Source of the DNA: Penicillus capitatus | Taxonomy: Eukaryota; Plantae; Chlorophyta | Direction: 5' to 3' | DNA length: 46,000 nt | NCBI GenBank assembly: GCA_965649825.1 | Contig: OZ287722.1 | Location: 1-46,000, forward strand | In this document: positions 1 to 10,643 of the stretch, piece by piece | How positions within the stretch are numbered: the first letter of the stretch is position 1 | How the letters are laid out: every line of letters starts with the position of its first letter | Notes under the pieces: generated by a model | Databases searched by the model: none | What the model was told of the DNA's origin: nothing | What the model saw: the letters and a program-made list of their open reading frames with translations, nothing else | Position numbers and translations under genes: made by a program

Positions 1-919
1 GTTTGCATTCCCACGCCAGCGTCGAGAGCAAATCGTTCTTGTCCCTACCGTCCCGACCCGGATACTGCAGCTGTGCCAAACTCCACAGAAAGCGCGGCAC
101 ATCGTTGTTATTGAGACGCGATATCTTGATTTTCATCTCGTAGGTCACGGCCTCCATAATGCTTTCGACATTTGGGTACTGCATTCGAGCGAGGCCTTCG
201 ACGAAGACGGCCAGATCGATAGATCTCAGTTTAGAAATATCGCGCAAGAGACGTTGGATGATATCGCGAATCAGCGCATCCATGTTGTCGTGCAGGCTGA
301 GTGGCTGGACCAAGACCTTCGGTCCCAAAAAACTGATTCCCCATATCGCGTGGGTCAATTCCTCAGACGTGCATCGGAAGAGCTGTTTCCACAGCAGCTG
401 TCCAATCTTCTGCAGAACCTGCACAGCAGAAGCGACGTTCAATCGGCGGCCAGTCTGTGATATGGACACAGACGAGTTGCTGCGGTTTCTCGAACCACCA
501 GTCGCCCATGTATGCCACCGACTCCGCTCTGCCGATCCGGGCGAACATCGTGGCAGCATTGCGGCTCGTGATCGTGATTGGATTGTCATCGATGAGTTCG
601 ACGAAGTAACGCAGGAGACGAGAAACGGATTCTCCCCCTTCGGCAGACGACGGCTGGAGGCCTCTAAAACGTTTCACCAGTTTACTGCCTTCTTTGTTGA
701 TATTGTAGGAGTGTAACTCCCCTGGAGTCCTCTCTGTCATCTTGGTTCCCATGCAACGCAGGAGAAGACGCGCCTAAGACGAACGTGCGCTTCCGTTGAG
801 GAGATCGAGATCGAAACCTGCGATCCGATGGGTGGCGATACATGGAAGAGAGGCGAGGCGACGGGCGGCGTGACAGAGAGATGCGAGGCGATGGCTCGAC
901 GAAGGGCCTGACGGAACAT
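1..919 (-). CDS. FASTK/OPR-like helical-repeat organellar RNA-binding protein (3' end runs off the window)
   Basis: ATG 919; GT-AG introns 774-817 and 419-473 join three ORF pieces: MFRQALRRAIASH...SQ|ARLLLRCMGTK...QQL|VLQKIGQLLW. Arg-rich presequence-like N-terminus; repeats DLAVFVEGLARMQY and DVPRFLWSLAQLQY resemble FASTK/OPR helical repeats. Open to position 1. Confidence 0.7.
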
Positions 920-1067
920 GGCGTATCATTGCGTTTGCATTTGGCCTTTAATGAAAGGGACACACGCACGCCTTAGGCATCCGCGGTGCAGCTTCGACGC
1001 ATTTGGCTAGAGTATGACAGGAAGCGGCGGCTGGAGATGCACGAAAGAGCGAGGCAGACGTCGGCAG

Positions 1068-1997
1068 ATGCACATTGACAGCTCCCAGGTGTGGGCCAAT
1101 GTCGGTGATCCGTCAAGACGCGGTGTCGGATGCAGGTCGAGGAAGCTCTGAATCCGGTCCGCGGCGTGCGGGATGCATTGCGGCGACAAGGAATCGAGCC
1201 GCGAAACTATGCAAGGTGCAATCGAGAGGCGGTCAGACAGGCGAGTCAAAAGAACGCGATGAGACGAAAAGTGAGGCGACGACAGAAGCGTCTCGGATGA
1301 GCGTGCGCTGGTCTGTGGCGCCTTTTCAGCAATGCCTTATCGAAAGCGCCGCCGCGCGACCGAAAGAGCGACGTCGTTCAACAGCGCCACGACGCGAGAT
1401 CACGGCTGAGGATGCAAGGAATAGTCACGTTCTGCGCAATATCCTGGAAGCGAGTGCCAAGAGCAAGACGGATGTCGGGGACAGGAACCGCCCTTTGAGC
1501 CCTCGATGGCTTCACAAAGAGGGATACGGAGAGGTGCGTGACGCTCCGATCGATCGGCCGATACGTCGCACGCGCTCACGATCTGCGTCGTCCAGGTGCC
1601 GAGCTACTTGCAGATGCGCAAAGTGGAGCTGGCAGCCGAACGCGATGCAAAAGAACGCGCTAGAGAAGCTGCGCTGTGCGCTCCAGGTCATCTCCAATGC
1701 ACTTCACCCCCGCCTTCGTGTCTAAGGAATCGAGTAAAGGTATGCGATTGATGGAGGATGGAGAGCAGAAAGAGGCACTGGAGAAAATTGTGCACAGTAA
1801 AGACAACGTGGAGACGCAGCTGCGCAATCTGCCGTTGATCATCGAGACGCCATCCCTTATGAAACTCAAAACAGAGTCCCCATCTCACACATCTCTCTGG
1901 CCTCACACTTTTCTACGACAGATTGGAACGGCGTCTGGTGGAGCTCGAAGAGGCCGAACGCATCTTCTCGAGGCCGCGCGTCATCGTTAAAGTCTGA
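1068..1997 (+). CDS. Enkurin-domain protein (ENKD1-like)
   Basis: Six exons joined by five GT-AG introns: MHIDSSQ|VEEALNPVRGVRDALRRQGIEPRNY...GYGE|VPSYLQMRK...APGMRLMEDGEQKEALEK...QLRNLPLIIETPSLMKLKTE|LERRLVELEEAERIFSRPRVIVKV*. The C-terminus matches the enkurin-domain pattern (LP-x-IETPS...FSRP-x-V). Start codon is uncertain (ATG 1014, 1068 or 1130). Confidence 0.8.
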
Positions 1998-3280
1998 TCG
2001 AGCGAGATGTCCGTATGGTGTCGTATTCAAATGTCCGTCCGTGTTTTCACACTTTTTATGATGACACAATTCAGAGAGTGTTATTGCTTTTGAGCATGTG
2101 GCTAAAGTCCCGTCAGTTTATGTGTGACATGATACCGGATTAGACATCTCGCTCAGGAAACAAGAAATCCGAACTCCCTTCAAATGAACGCCCTTCAATC
2201 TTTCATGCATTTGCCAAAATGATTGCTTGGGTAGAGAGCTGTGCAGTTATGTCTCTGCACAGATCATCATACTGTTCAACGCATGGATTATTCATCTCAA
2301 ACGACTAGGAGTGCGTCTACATTCCTGAATGATGACACAAGAGTGCCCACTTGTCAGTCATTCCCTTCTTCAGTTTCGACAAACAGAGCTGACGTGAAAT
2401 GATGATCGCGAAGTCGGTTGTCATGGGTGGTGAGGTAGGAGGATCACAGGAGCGAAGAGATCCGATGGATTAAATCTTAACAGCCTACGAAATCGTGAAA
2501 CCATCCTTCTATCCTTGATTGACAATACGTACGTATCCTTTCTTCGCCACAAAACGAATGATGGGAGAAAACCATCGGTCCAATCGATCAATCAATCGCC
2601 TGAAGTAAGTACTTTGTCCCAGACGACACGATGTGTCAATATTCTTTCTTTCTTTCTTTCTCTATTTGTCTCGAACGTGAATGGGTCGACTGGCATCGAA
2701 GTCATGCCTGATGGAGGACGGGCCCAAGGAGTCATGGGAAAAAGAGATGCGGAGAGCACACTTGACTTTCCATTGAGAGAAGAGCATAGCACACAGAATA
2801 GCACAGCGCCAGCCCAGCACATCGATCCCACACCAATGCAACGCAATACGCAGACACACGCGCGCTCAAATCGCTCACGCATTGGACACGCGAATGCAAA
2901 CCCACAGTACCACATGCAACGAGGTATACCAATGGACCTGAATCATACTTGCTGTTGCACTAGTCTACCGATCGAGAAGAAAAACCTCAAGAATTCTGCA
3001 CAGCTGTGAGTTTATGTACAGACCTGTCAAAAAGGATTTTAAGGAAAAGAATCCTAATACAACAGCCCTTCCGTACGTGGCTGCAAGAGACAATGTTCAT
3101 CGTTATCATTCTTCGTCTTCTTCTTTGTCTTTCCGCATGAAATTTATACATTGATTGGATGAACATGTAATCGAGTCGGTGGTGCGTCGTCCCACACGTT
3201 GACTGGAAAGTTAGGACTGATGCTCACTTGACTCGATTTGAATGTATGATCTCTTGCGTATTTTGCTTCTCTTATCCGAG

Positions 3281-4396
3281 TCAAGACAACTTCACTGGCT
3301 CTGCAAACACATCCATCCACACAGGCATTAGATAGCCATTGAGTGAGAGAAAGAGTGAGATGCCGTACTCGAAGTCGGCTTCTGACGAAGAGGTGGTGGT
3401 GCTCGATGCACTCTTGCTGTGTAGGTAGAGTGGCATTTCGAAGTTGTCAACAGCAAAGACTAACCCATCCGTCTCGCTAGCGTCTTTTTCAGGTGTTCTG
3501 GGGACTGGACTACGGTCAGAGTCTTCAACGTGACTGGATGATACGAACTGCGTCTGAAGATCGATGAAGGAACTGACTTTCATGGGCAGCGGCGAGTTGA
3601 AGTCTGAGAAAGAAGTCAGATGTCGAAATCGGCTCCAGTCATTCATTTCTGCAAAAGACAGTGTCTCGGCAGTGGTCGCCGTATCGGGCATAACAGATTC
3701 CCCTTGATTCGAGTCAAGTAGCACGGCAGCACCAATCACCTCCTCTTCCCCTTCGCTGGCCGCCGAAGCGGCCTCTTGTAATTTTGCATGCGATTCTTTG
3801 TTGAATACAGCCGAATCTGATGCAAGTCCGACGGCGACAGGCACTTGTGTTGTTGGATGCTGCTCTGCATGGACTTCTTCTTGTTCATGTGCTGCCATCA
3901 CCATCTCCTGACTTGCTCGTGCAGATTCGGATTCATTTTGCATCGCCTCCACGACCTCGCCACTGTGCAAGACGCTTCCAGTGCTATCATCAGCGAACTT
4001 GCGAGACGAGGGGGTCGACACTTCGTGGTCACTCGTGGTGCGATGCACAAAATCGTCCGCAGAGTCGATCGACCGGCTCGGTCCAGCGTCAGGGGTGTCC
4101 GTCGGTGACTGCATCATCAACGTCTGTATATTGGCGCGTTGACTTTTCTCGAGCGGAACCGGCACTTCCACTGGAAGAACGGCCGTCCGGCGAAACAACT
4201 CCGTCATCTTGTCCATTCGCTCTTCATACTTGCGCAGCCTCTCTCCCCTCAAAATAACAAGCCCCGAATTCTGTGACAGTGTTGCCTCCAGGTCGCGCAT
4301 TCCTTGTTCATCGAGCTCCTCTTCCGAGTACTCGAACGGTTCTGATTTTCGTTTCCGTCTGTTGGAACGTAAGAATCTTATAGGGAAGAGACCCAT
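3281..4396 (-). CDS. Uncharacterised acidic Ser/Glu-rich, largely disordered protein
   Basis: Single long open frame; first ATG at 4396 (MGLFPIRFLRSNRRKRKSEPF) with an in-frame stop upstream at 4463-4465. Basic NLS-like RRKRK, low-complexity body, hydrophobic C-terminal tail. No family recognised. Confidence 0.6.
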   Translation of the reverse strand: MGLFPIRFLRSNRRKRKSEPFEYSEEELDEQGMRDLEATLSQNSGLVILRGERLRKYEERMDKMTELFRRTAVLPVEVPVPLEKSQRANIQTLMMQSPTDTPDAGPSRSIDSADDFVHRTTSDHEVSTPSSRKFADDSTGSVLHSGEVVEAMQNESESARASQEMVMAAHEQEEVHAEQHPTTQVPVAVGLASDSAVFNKESHAKLQEAASAASEGEEEVIGAAVLLDSNQGESVMPDTATTAETLSFAEMNDWSRFRHLTSFSDFNSPLPMKVSSFIDLQTQFVSSSHVEDSDRSPVPRTPEKDASETDGLVFAVDNFEMPLYLHSKSASSTTTSSSEADFEYGISLFLSLNGYLMPVWMDVFAEPVKLS

Positions 4397-4800
4397 GTCT
4401 GTGTTTATTATGTCACGGTCAGAAGGCAATTTGAAAACAAACGATACGCCTTTCTTGGTGATTCAAAGGACGACAGGTCGACAACTGCGAAAGAAATAGG
4501 CCTTGATTCTCTCAGGCAAGCAATTTGAACGTGGAGCGTTTTTCAAGTGGAGCGCGCGTTGATGATGATGATGCGCAGCCGTCGTTAGCATGCATACCGT
4601 CAGCACTACGACAGCGGATGGTCACCGTCATGCCAAGCCAATCGATCCAACCAACCACGAGCTCCTAACCGACGACCCCGACTTAAGGAGCCAGCGCCCG
4701 CCATTCCTCACCACCTCGACGACCTCGGCCAAAACATTTTGAGGATCGTTCGCCTCTCGAGAGTCGTTTTAGCGAGTGCATCGAAATTGGTCACGCGGTA

Positions 4801-6206
4801 ATGCGAAAAGGAGTTTGCGCTCTATTCTGCTCATTAACTGTGGGACTCGTTGCCATCTTGTTTAGGTCTTCGCTTAGGTCTGCATCAGAGACGCCGGTGT
4901 CGAACAAGATGCGCAAAATACTCGTTACGGGAGGCGTTGGCTTCATCGGTAGGTCCCATCTGTCGTGCCGTAACACTGACGGCTGTGATGACAGGGAGTC
5001 ATACATCGGTGGAGCTCGTGGAGTCGGGATACAACGTCACGATCATTGACAACCTGCAGAATTCGTTTTTGGACGCTTTTGAGCGTATGAAGGAACTCGT
5101 GGGCGACAAGGCTGAGTTTTTGAAATTCAAAAAGGCGCGTGTTAAACGGCGCATTGCTTTATCTGTGATGTGACTGACAGGTTTGTTTAGGTGGATCTCA
5201 AAGATCTCGCAGCGCTGGATGCTGTCTTTTCAGAAGAAAAGTGACGACGGCTACTGTGGCGGCGTGTGATGCGAGCGTGATGTGACGTTTAGATTTGATG
5301 CTGTTGTGCACTTTGCTGCGATGAAAGCGGTGGGCGAGAGCATGGAGTTTCCCATGCTCTACTACAAGAACAATGCCATTGGCACTATCAACCTCTTGGA
5401 CGCGATGGGCCGACACGGATGCAAAACAGTAACACCGATCACTTCTTTGCTGACAGTACAGAGAACTGTGTGATCGTTGTGTGACCAGTTGGTGTTTTCG
5501 AGTTCCTGTACGGTCTACGGAAATCCCAAGGAAGTCCCTATCACCGAAGACCATCCGCGATCGGCGATTAGCGTTTACGGACGGACAAAGCTGTTCAACG
5601 AAGATATGATGATGGATCTCTCTACTGCAGACAAAGAATGGAAGATCATTCTACTGAGGTGACGCGGATCGACTGTCTCTCTGTCGCATAGAGTGTTGCG
5701 AGGTGTTTAGGTACTTCAATCCCGTCTCTGCCCATCCTTCCGGTCGAATCGGCGAGCATCCGATCGGCATTCCGACGAATCTGATGCCATTCGTTCAGCA
5801 AGTCGCCGTCGGTCTCCGTCCCGAGCTCAAAGTCTTTGGGGATGACTACGAGACGCGTGATGGGACGTGCATTCGAGACTACATCCATGTGATGGATCTC
5901 GCCACCTCACACGTGGCCGCCTTGCAGAAGGTCATCGAGACGGAGAACTATGGCTGCCAGGCGGTGAATGTGGGAACTGGCAAAGGGACGACGGTCCTGG
6001 AGATGATCCATGCCTTCGAAGAGGCCAGTGGAAAGAAGATTCCCTTTACCGTGGTCGGCAGACGTGCCGGAGATTCGATTGCCGTCTGGGCAGCAACGGA
6101 CCGTGCCGAGAAGGAACTGGGCTGGAAGGCAAAGTTTGACATTAAGGACATGTGCCGCGATCAGTGGAAATGGGCCACTCAAAATCCCAAGGGATACGAA
6201 AACTGA
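4801..6206 (+). CDS. GALE: UDP-glucose 4-epimerase
   Basis: [11 protein letters not shown]|GSH NAD-binding motif, [25 protein letters not shown], catalytic [31 protein letters not shown]. Five introns, one GC-AG (5135-5190). In-frame ATGs at 4801 and about 4908. Confidence 0.97.
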
Positions 6207-6226
6207 CTTGTTTCCTGGATGCTGCT

Positions 6227-7378
6227 TCATTTCTGAAACTGCTCTTCCTTGTTGTCTTCTGTCCTTCGATGTTTAAGCCATGCCTTCAACTGCCGATCGA
6301 TGCGCTGTGCCTCCTCAGTTTCGACGGCGTTTTGCTGAGAGCCTTCGACGCCTAATCGATCGATCTCGCTCAATTCCTCGTGCAGTGTCTGCATCGTCCT
6401 CATCTCACTCTAAGACATATGACCACTGCACCATCGCAAAGAGAAGAGACGTTGTCGACAGATGATGAGAGGAGTAAAGGATGAACGATGTTCTTCAGAT
6501 AGGACTCCAGTCGTTTCTTGTTGCTCTTGTACCCGGATCGCACAGCCGCCAGCGCCAATGTACCTGGAAAAGTGAGAGAAGAGTGACTTCGTACACAAGG
6601 GCATCTCATCGCACTTGGCGCGAAGAGCAAAGGAGCATCGGTCTCCAAGAGACACTGCGCTGCGACGTAAGCCGATTTTCGCACGGCCGAGAGATCGTCG
6701 ACATCTTCCAATCCCACTCTGTCGTGCTCGCCATTTCGCATTCGCCGAGCAATGTCCTGCACAAACGAACACGCGCATCGTGCCTTGCACACGTGTGAGA
6801 ACAGTGCCCCACTTCCATGAAGCCATCGATATCTCTAAAAGGCGTGTGGACGATGAGATCGTACTGCAGCGACTTGACCAATCGCAGCTCACTCTTCCTC
6901 AACTGATGCTCCGTCAGAGAGGGAAACGCATGAACGAGATTGTCGATCGTGAGGTATTCCTCTTCGATTTTGGACGCCACGTAGATGCATGCCATAAAGA
7001 GTTTGCTGGGATCCTGATTCATCACACTATTATCAATGTAGAATCTCTTCAGAAACATCATGGCTGTCGATTGGACACGCAGAGAGTAACTCTGCTGTTG
7101 GCAAAATGCCAGAATACTCTTCTCATAATACCGCAGTAACAGCCGCTCCTCTTCTTGCGTCACAGGGGGGTCTGTTCACGACGACTTGACGTCTGATGAT
7201 GGAAATAGGCAGCTGAACCTGCGAGGCTGTCCATCAGAGCAGCACTGCGCGAAGCGGCCCGTCGTTGTTCCTGTAAAGATATTATGTTCCAAGTAAAGAG
7301 AGAAGTCGGCACTACTAGCTGGTCCTTCTTAAACGTCCATCGTGCGCGTTGAGACGATGACGCGAAGTTCATTTCCAC
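6227..7378 (-). CDS. CCNH: Cyclin H
   Basis: MEMNFASSSQRARWTF N-terminus; cyclin box EEERLLLRYYE...STAMMFLKRFYIDNSVMNQDP...CIYVASKIEE; QYDLIVHTPFR; last exon ...QRIDRQLKAW...QFQK* with stop at 6227-6229. Confidence 0.9.
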
Positions 7379-7562
7379 GCACGCAATGGTGATGATGATC
7401 CGGGCGTTACGCCACCGACCACCGATCGGAGCGTCGCTGCGACAATCTTCCTCTCGATTTCGGCCACATCCACGCCGCTCTGTGGCAATACGCGCCCAGA
7501 TGCCACGTCAGTGAACGCAAGGACATTGCTCTGTGCGACACTGAAGAATAGGAGCGGCAAAG

Positions 7563-8482
7563 ATGGCGCAGAATAAAGTACTGCAGATCTGGAGAACGGC
7601 TCAAGCTGTTTGCTTCGACGTGGACAGCACACTGTATGCCACAAACACCTCGACACTCTTTAAAGGACACGATTGCATGGACAGGATCCAGGAAGAGAGC
7701 ATCGACGAGTTGGCCGATTTCTTGGGCATGGGCGAACGCATTGCTCAGCTAACGGAGCGGTAGAGTGGTGCTTGTGTCCACACAGTGCCAGATATGATTT
7801 CTGTCCAGGGCTATGAACGGGAAGATGAGATTTGAGGAGGCGTTGAAAGAGAGACTCGATGCCATGCAGCCATCTGCATCAGACGTGGAACGATTCTTGC
7901 AGCAACGTCCTCCCAGAATAACGCAAGGCATCCCTGAACTCGTCTCTGCATTGCACGGGCGTCAAATTGCAGTGTATCTCATTTCTGGCGGATTCCGAGA
8001 TATCATTGGTCCGATAGCAGACAAGCTGGAAATCGATCGCAGCCACGTCTATGCTAACACCATCTGCTTTCATGTACCTCACAGTATTTGTCTCACTTTT
8101 GCTCACTCTTTCGGTTTGTAGGAAGATGGGAGCTATGCAGGATTTGATGCAACGGAGTTCACCTCTCGTAGCGGAGGCAAAGCAGCTGCCGTGCAGTCTA
8201 TTAAGGTCACTCTTCTCACACAAGGCATCTTTCATAGATACGCTTCCTCTAGGACACCCACGCACATCGCCCCATGGTCATGATCGGCGACGGGGCTACC
8301 GATCTGGAAGCGCGCAGCCAAGGCGCCGTAGATCTCTTTATCGGGTAATCGCCTTTTCGTTTACTCGAATGGCTCATCGGTCATGGATTAGGTATGGAGG
8401 GGTCGTTGAGCGTCCTGTGATCGTGGATCAGGCGGATTGGTTCGTCAGAGACATTGGCGTTCTGCTAGATGCTTTAGATTGA
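7563..8482 (+). CDS. PSP: Phosphoserine phosphatase (HAD family)
   Basis: AVCFDVDSTL|IQEESIDELADFLG (HAD motif I DxDST), YLISGGF (motif II), FTSRSGGK, MIGDGATDLEAR (motif IV), LFIG|YGGVVER. Five GT-AG introns; stop TGA 8480-8482. Confidence 0.95.
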
Positions 8483-8507
8483 AGGCAAAAGCAATCCCTT
8501 CCTTTCT

Positions 8508-10612
8508 ATGCGATTCCTCACTCGACTGCGCGTTCTTCTGAGACAGGGTCTTCAGAATTGGCTCATCGAGTCCTACGCGACGCATGGCGTCACTCAGCGA
8601 CGTCCCTTTGCGGTTCCGCACCTCGTCGAGGATGCGGCGTGGACAGAGGACCTTCAGTTGAGATCCTTGTCGATACCGACTTCCTGTCGGAGTGCACCGC
8701 TGCGTCCCTTTTCATCTCCTTATCGTTTATTCACGACAAAGAGCGACGATTCCGAATCATCTGATGAACCTCCAACGATACGCGACGATTCGGATGCGTC
8801 TGATGAACCTCCATCGCCTGCTTCTCTCCCCAGCGACGATGAATGGACTGTCTTTGACGACGGCAATGCACAAGTGTCCTCTTTCAGATCTGTGACGCTG
8901 TTTGGAATGCAAGGGTCGTTTAGGAAGATGCAGAAGAGCCGCCTTCTTTTGCGAAAGTGCAATCTCTACAGAGAGAAGCGTGGGACACTTTGAGCAAAGA
9001 GCGATCGCATTTGTCGAAGGCAGTGCAAGAGCAATACCGAAAGGCATTCATGTCGGCTACCGTGTACTTCCGAGTGCATTATCGAGATCTCACACTTCTG
9101 GAAGTGTGTGACATGATCGCGCATTTCTCAGGCCTTGTTCCTGGACCTAAAGGACGCCTCTGGGCAGCTAGACAATGCAATGAGACGCTGCTGCACCTTG
9201 TTCAGATGTGGTACGAGAAACTCAGCAACGCCGAATCGATCGATCCCGGCACTTTCTCGCAGACGATTCGAGTCATCGGCCGATTCGGCAAACCTTTTCA
9301 GCAGCATTGCGCCAAGGCCGATCCAGATAATAGTTTATGGAAACTTGCTGATCTAGCCACATCTCTGGTGCCTTCCGCGACTCCCGAAATGATCGTTTCG
9401 ATGCTCGACGGATTTGCAAAGCTTCGCGTGTTCCGAGACAGATTCCTGGCAGAAGTGACGCTGTATACGGAGCTCAACATTGAGAGCTTCGCTCCGTGGA
9501 ATCTGATTGATCTGTTGGACGCATATCGGCGACTGAGGTATGAAAAAACGACCCGATTAATGGGCAAGATTTCACATGCCATTATACCTCGTGTGCATGA
9601 ACTGTCGCCGGATCGCTTGGCAAGACTGCTCTGGATCATCTCATCTTTTCGCTGGAAACACACGACAGAACTGAACGATGCACTGCTAAAGGTATGACGC
9701 GTGTGATGTCACTCATCGAATGCGATCTGTCTTCAGGAGAGCATGCACAGAATTGCAGACTTCTCACGAAATGCCATGATCCTTTTGGCAAACCACCTAG
9801 CAGCGACATATCACTATCCGGGCGATGTCTTTGTCCATACCGTATGTCGAGATTTCGTCAAAAGATACCATCTTTTTAACCACACACCTATCGCTATACG
9901 GTACCTGGTGGCATTGGCAAAGCTTGGATGCCGGGATGAGGAGGCCATTCATTTCGCCAGAAACATCGTCATGAATGCTCCTTTGACACTCAAACATGTC
10001 CTGCTGGTTGGATGGTCCCTCAGCATACTGGACGCTTTTAATGAAGAGGCCACCAAATGGTGGATCCAGAGAGTTGGGCAGGCCAACTATTTAAACACCA
10101 CGCTTATCGAAAAACGTTACTTCTATCAAACCCTGTTGCATATCTATGTGTTTCGGCCTGATCTTGGCCGACTGCTGGATGTGGATCCCGAATTCGAGGA
10201 GGTCTGTCTGGAGTCGTGGAGACAGCGCGTGAAAGAGAAAGCCTATACTTCTCATGGCGTGCTGCAGATTATGACAACCCTCAGAGAACTGGGATTCTAC
10301 TGCTTTCGATCGCACTTTACCTTTGGCCGTCGTCTGAACATCAGCATCTTTTTTCACAGAAGATACACGATTCAGATCGGCATTTTCGCCGAAGAGGGTT
10401 TTGCCAACAACCGTCAGCGACTGAAGGGTCCGCAGATCTGGAAGCGACAGTTGTTGGAGAAGATGAATTGGACGCTGCTGAAAGTGCCGATTCTGGAATG
10501 GGAGAACCTCAACAGTCGCGTCGAGAAGCGGGAGTACCTCAGGAAGAAAATCGTAGAGATCATGTCGAAACGCATCGCCATGGCAAAAGGTATCCGGCCA
10601 GAAGCCAATTGA
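8508..10612 (+). CDS. RAP-domain/FASTK-like helical-repeat RNA-binding protein with organelle-targeting-like N-terminus
   Basis: Three exons (introns after NAQ and LLK). Arg/Leu-rich N-terminus MRFLTRLRVLLRQ; repeats MIVSMLDGFAKL, NLIDLLDAYRRL, RLARLLWIISSF; RAP-like C-terminus GPQIWKRQLLEKMNWTLLKVPILEWENL. Confidence 0.8.
8745..8813 (+). repeat. Imperfect coding tandem duplication (30-nt unit, 39-nt period)
   Basis: gacgattccgaatcatctgatgaacctcca (8745) and gacgattcggatgcgtctgatgaacctcca (8784) encode DDSESSDEPP and DDSDASDEPP. Confidence 0.75.
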
Positions 10613-10643
10613 GCGTAAAGGACTGATATTACAGAGGGCTATC

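Noticed and set aside
2058-2400. Possible C/D snoRNA: ATGATGA at 2329 with a downstream CTGA, and a 12-nt repeat ATGATGACACAA at 2058 and 2329
   Set aside because: No convincing terminal stem and no rRNA-complementary guide that I could recognise; an Rfam/snoscan search is needed.
2515-3009. 164-aa plus-strand ORF and overlapping minus-strand ORFs
   Set aside because: Non-ATG start, no motifs, composition typical of UTR or intergenic DNA.
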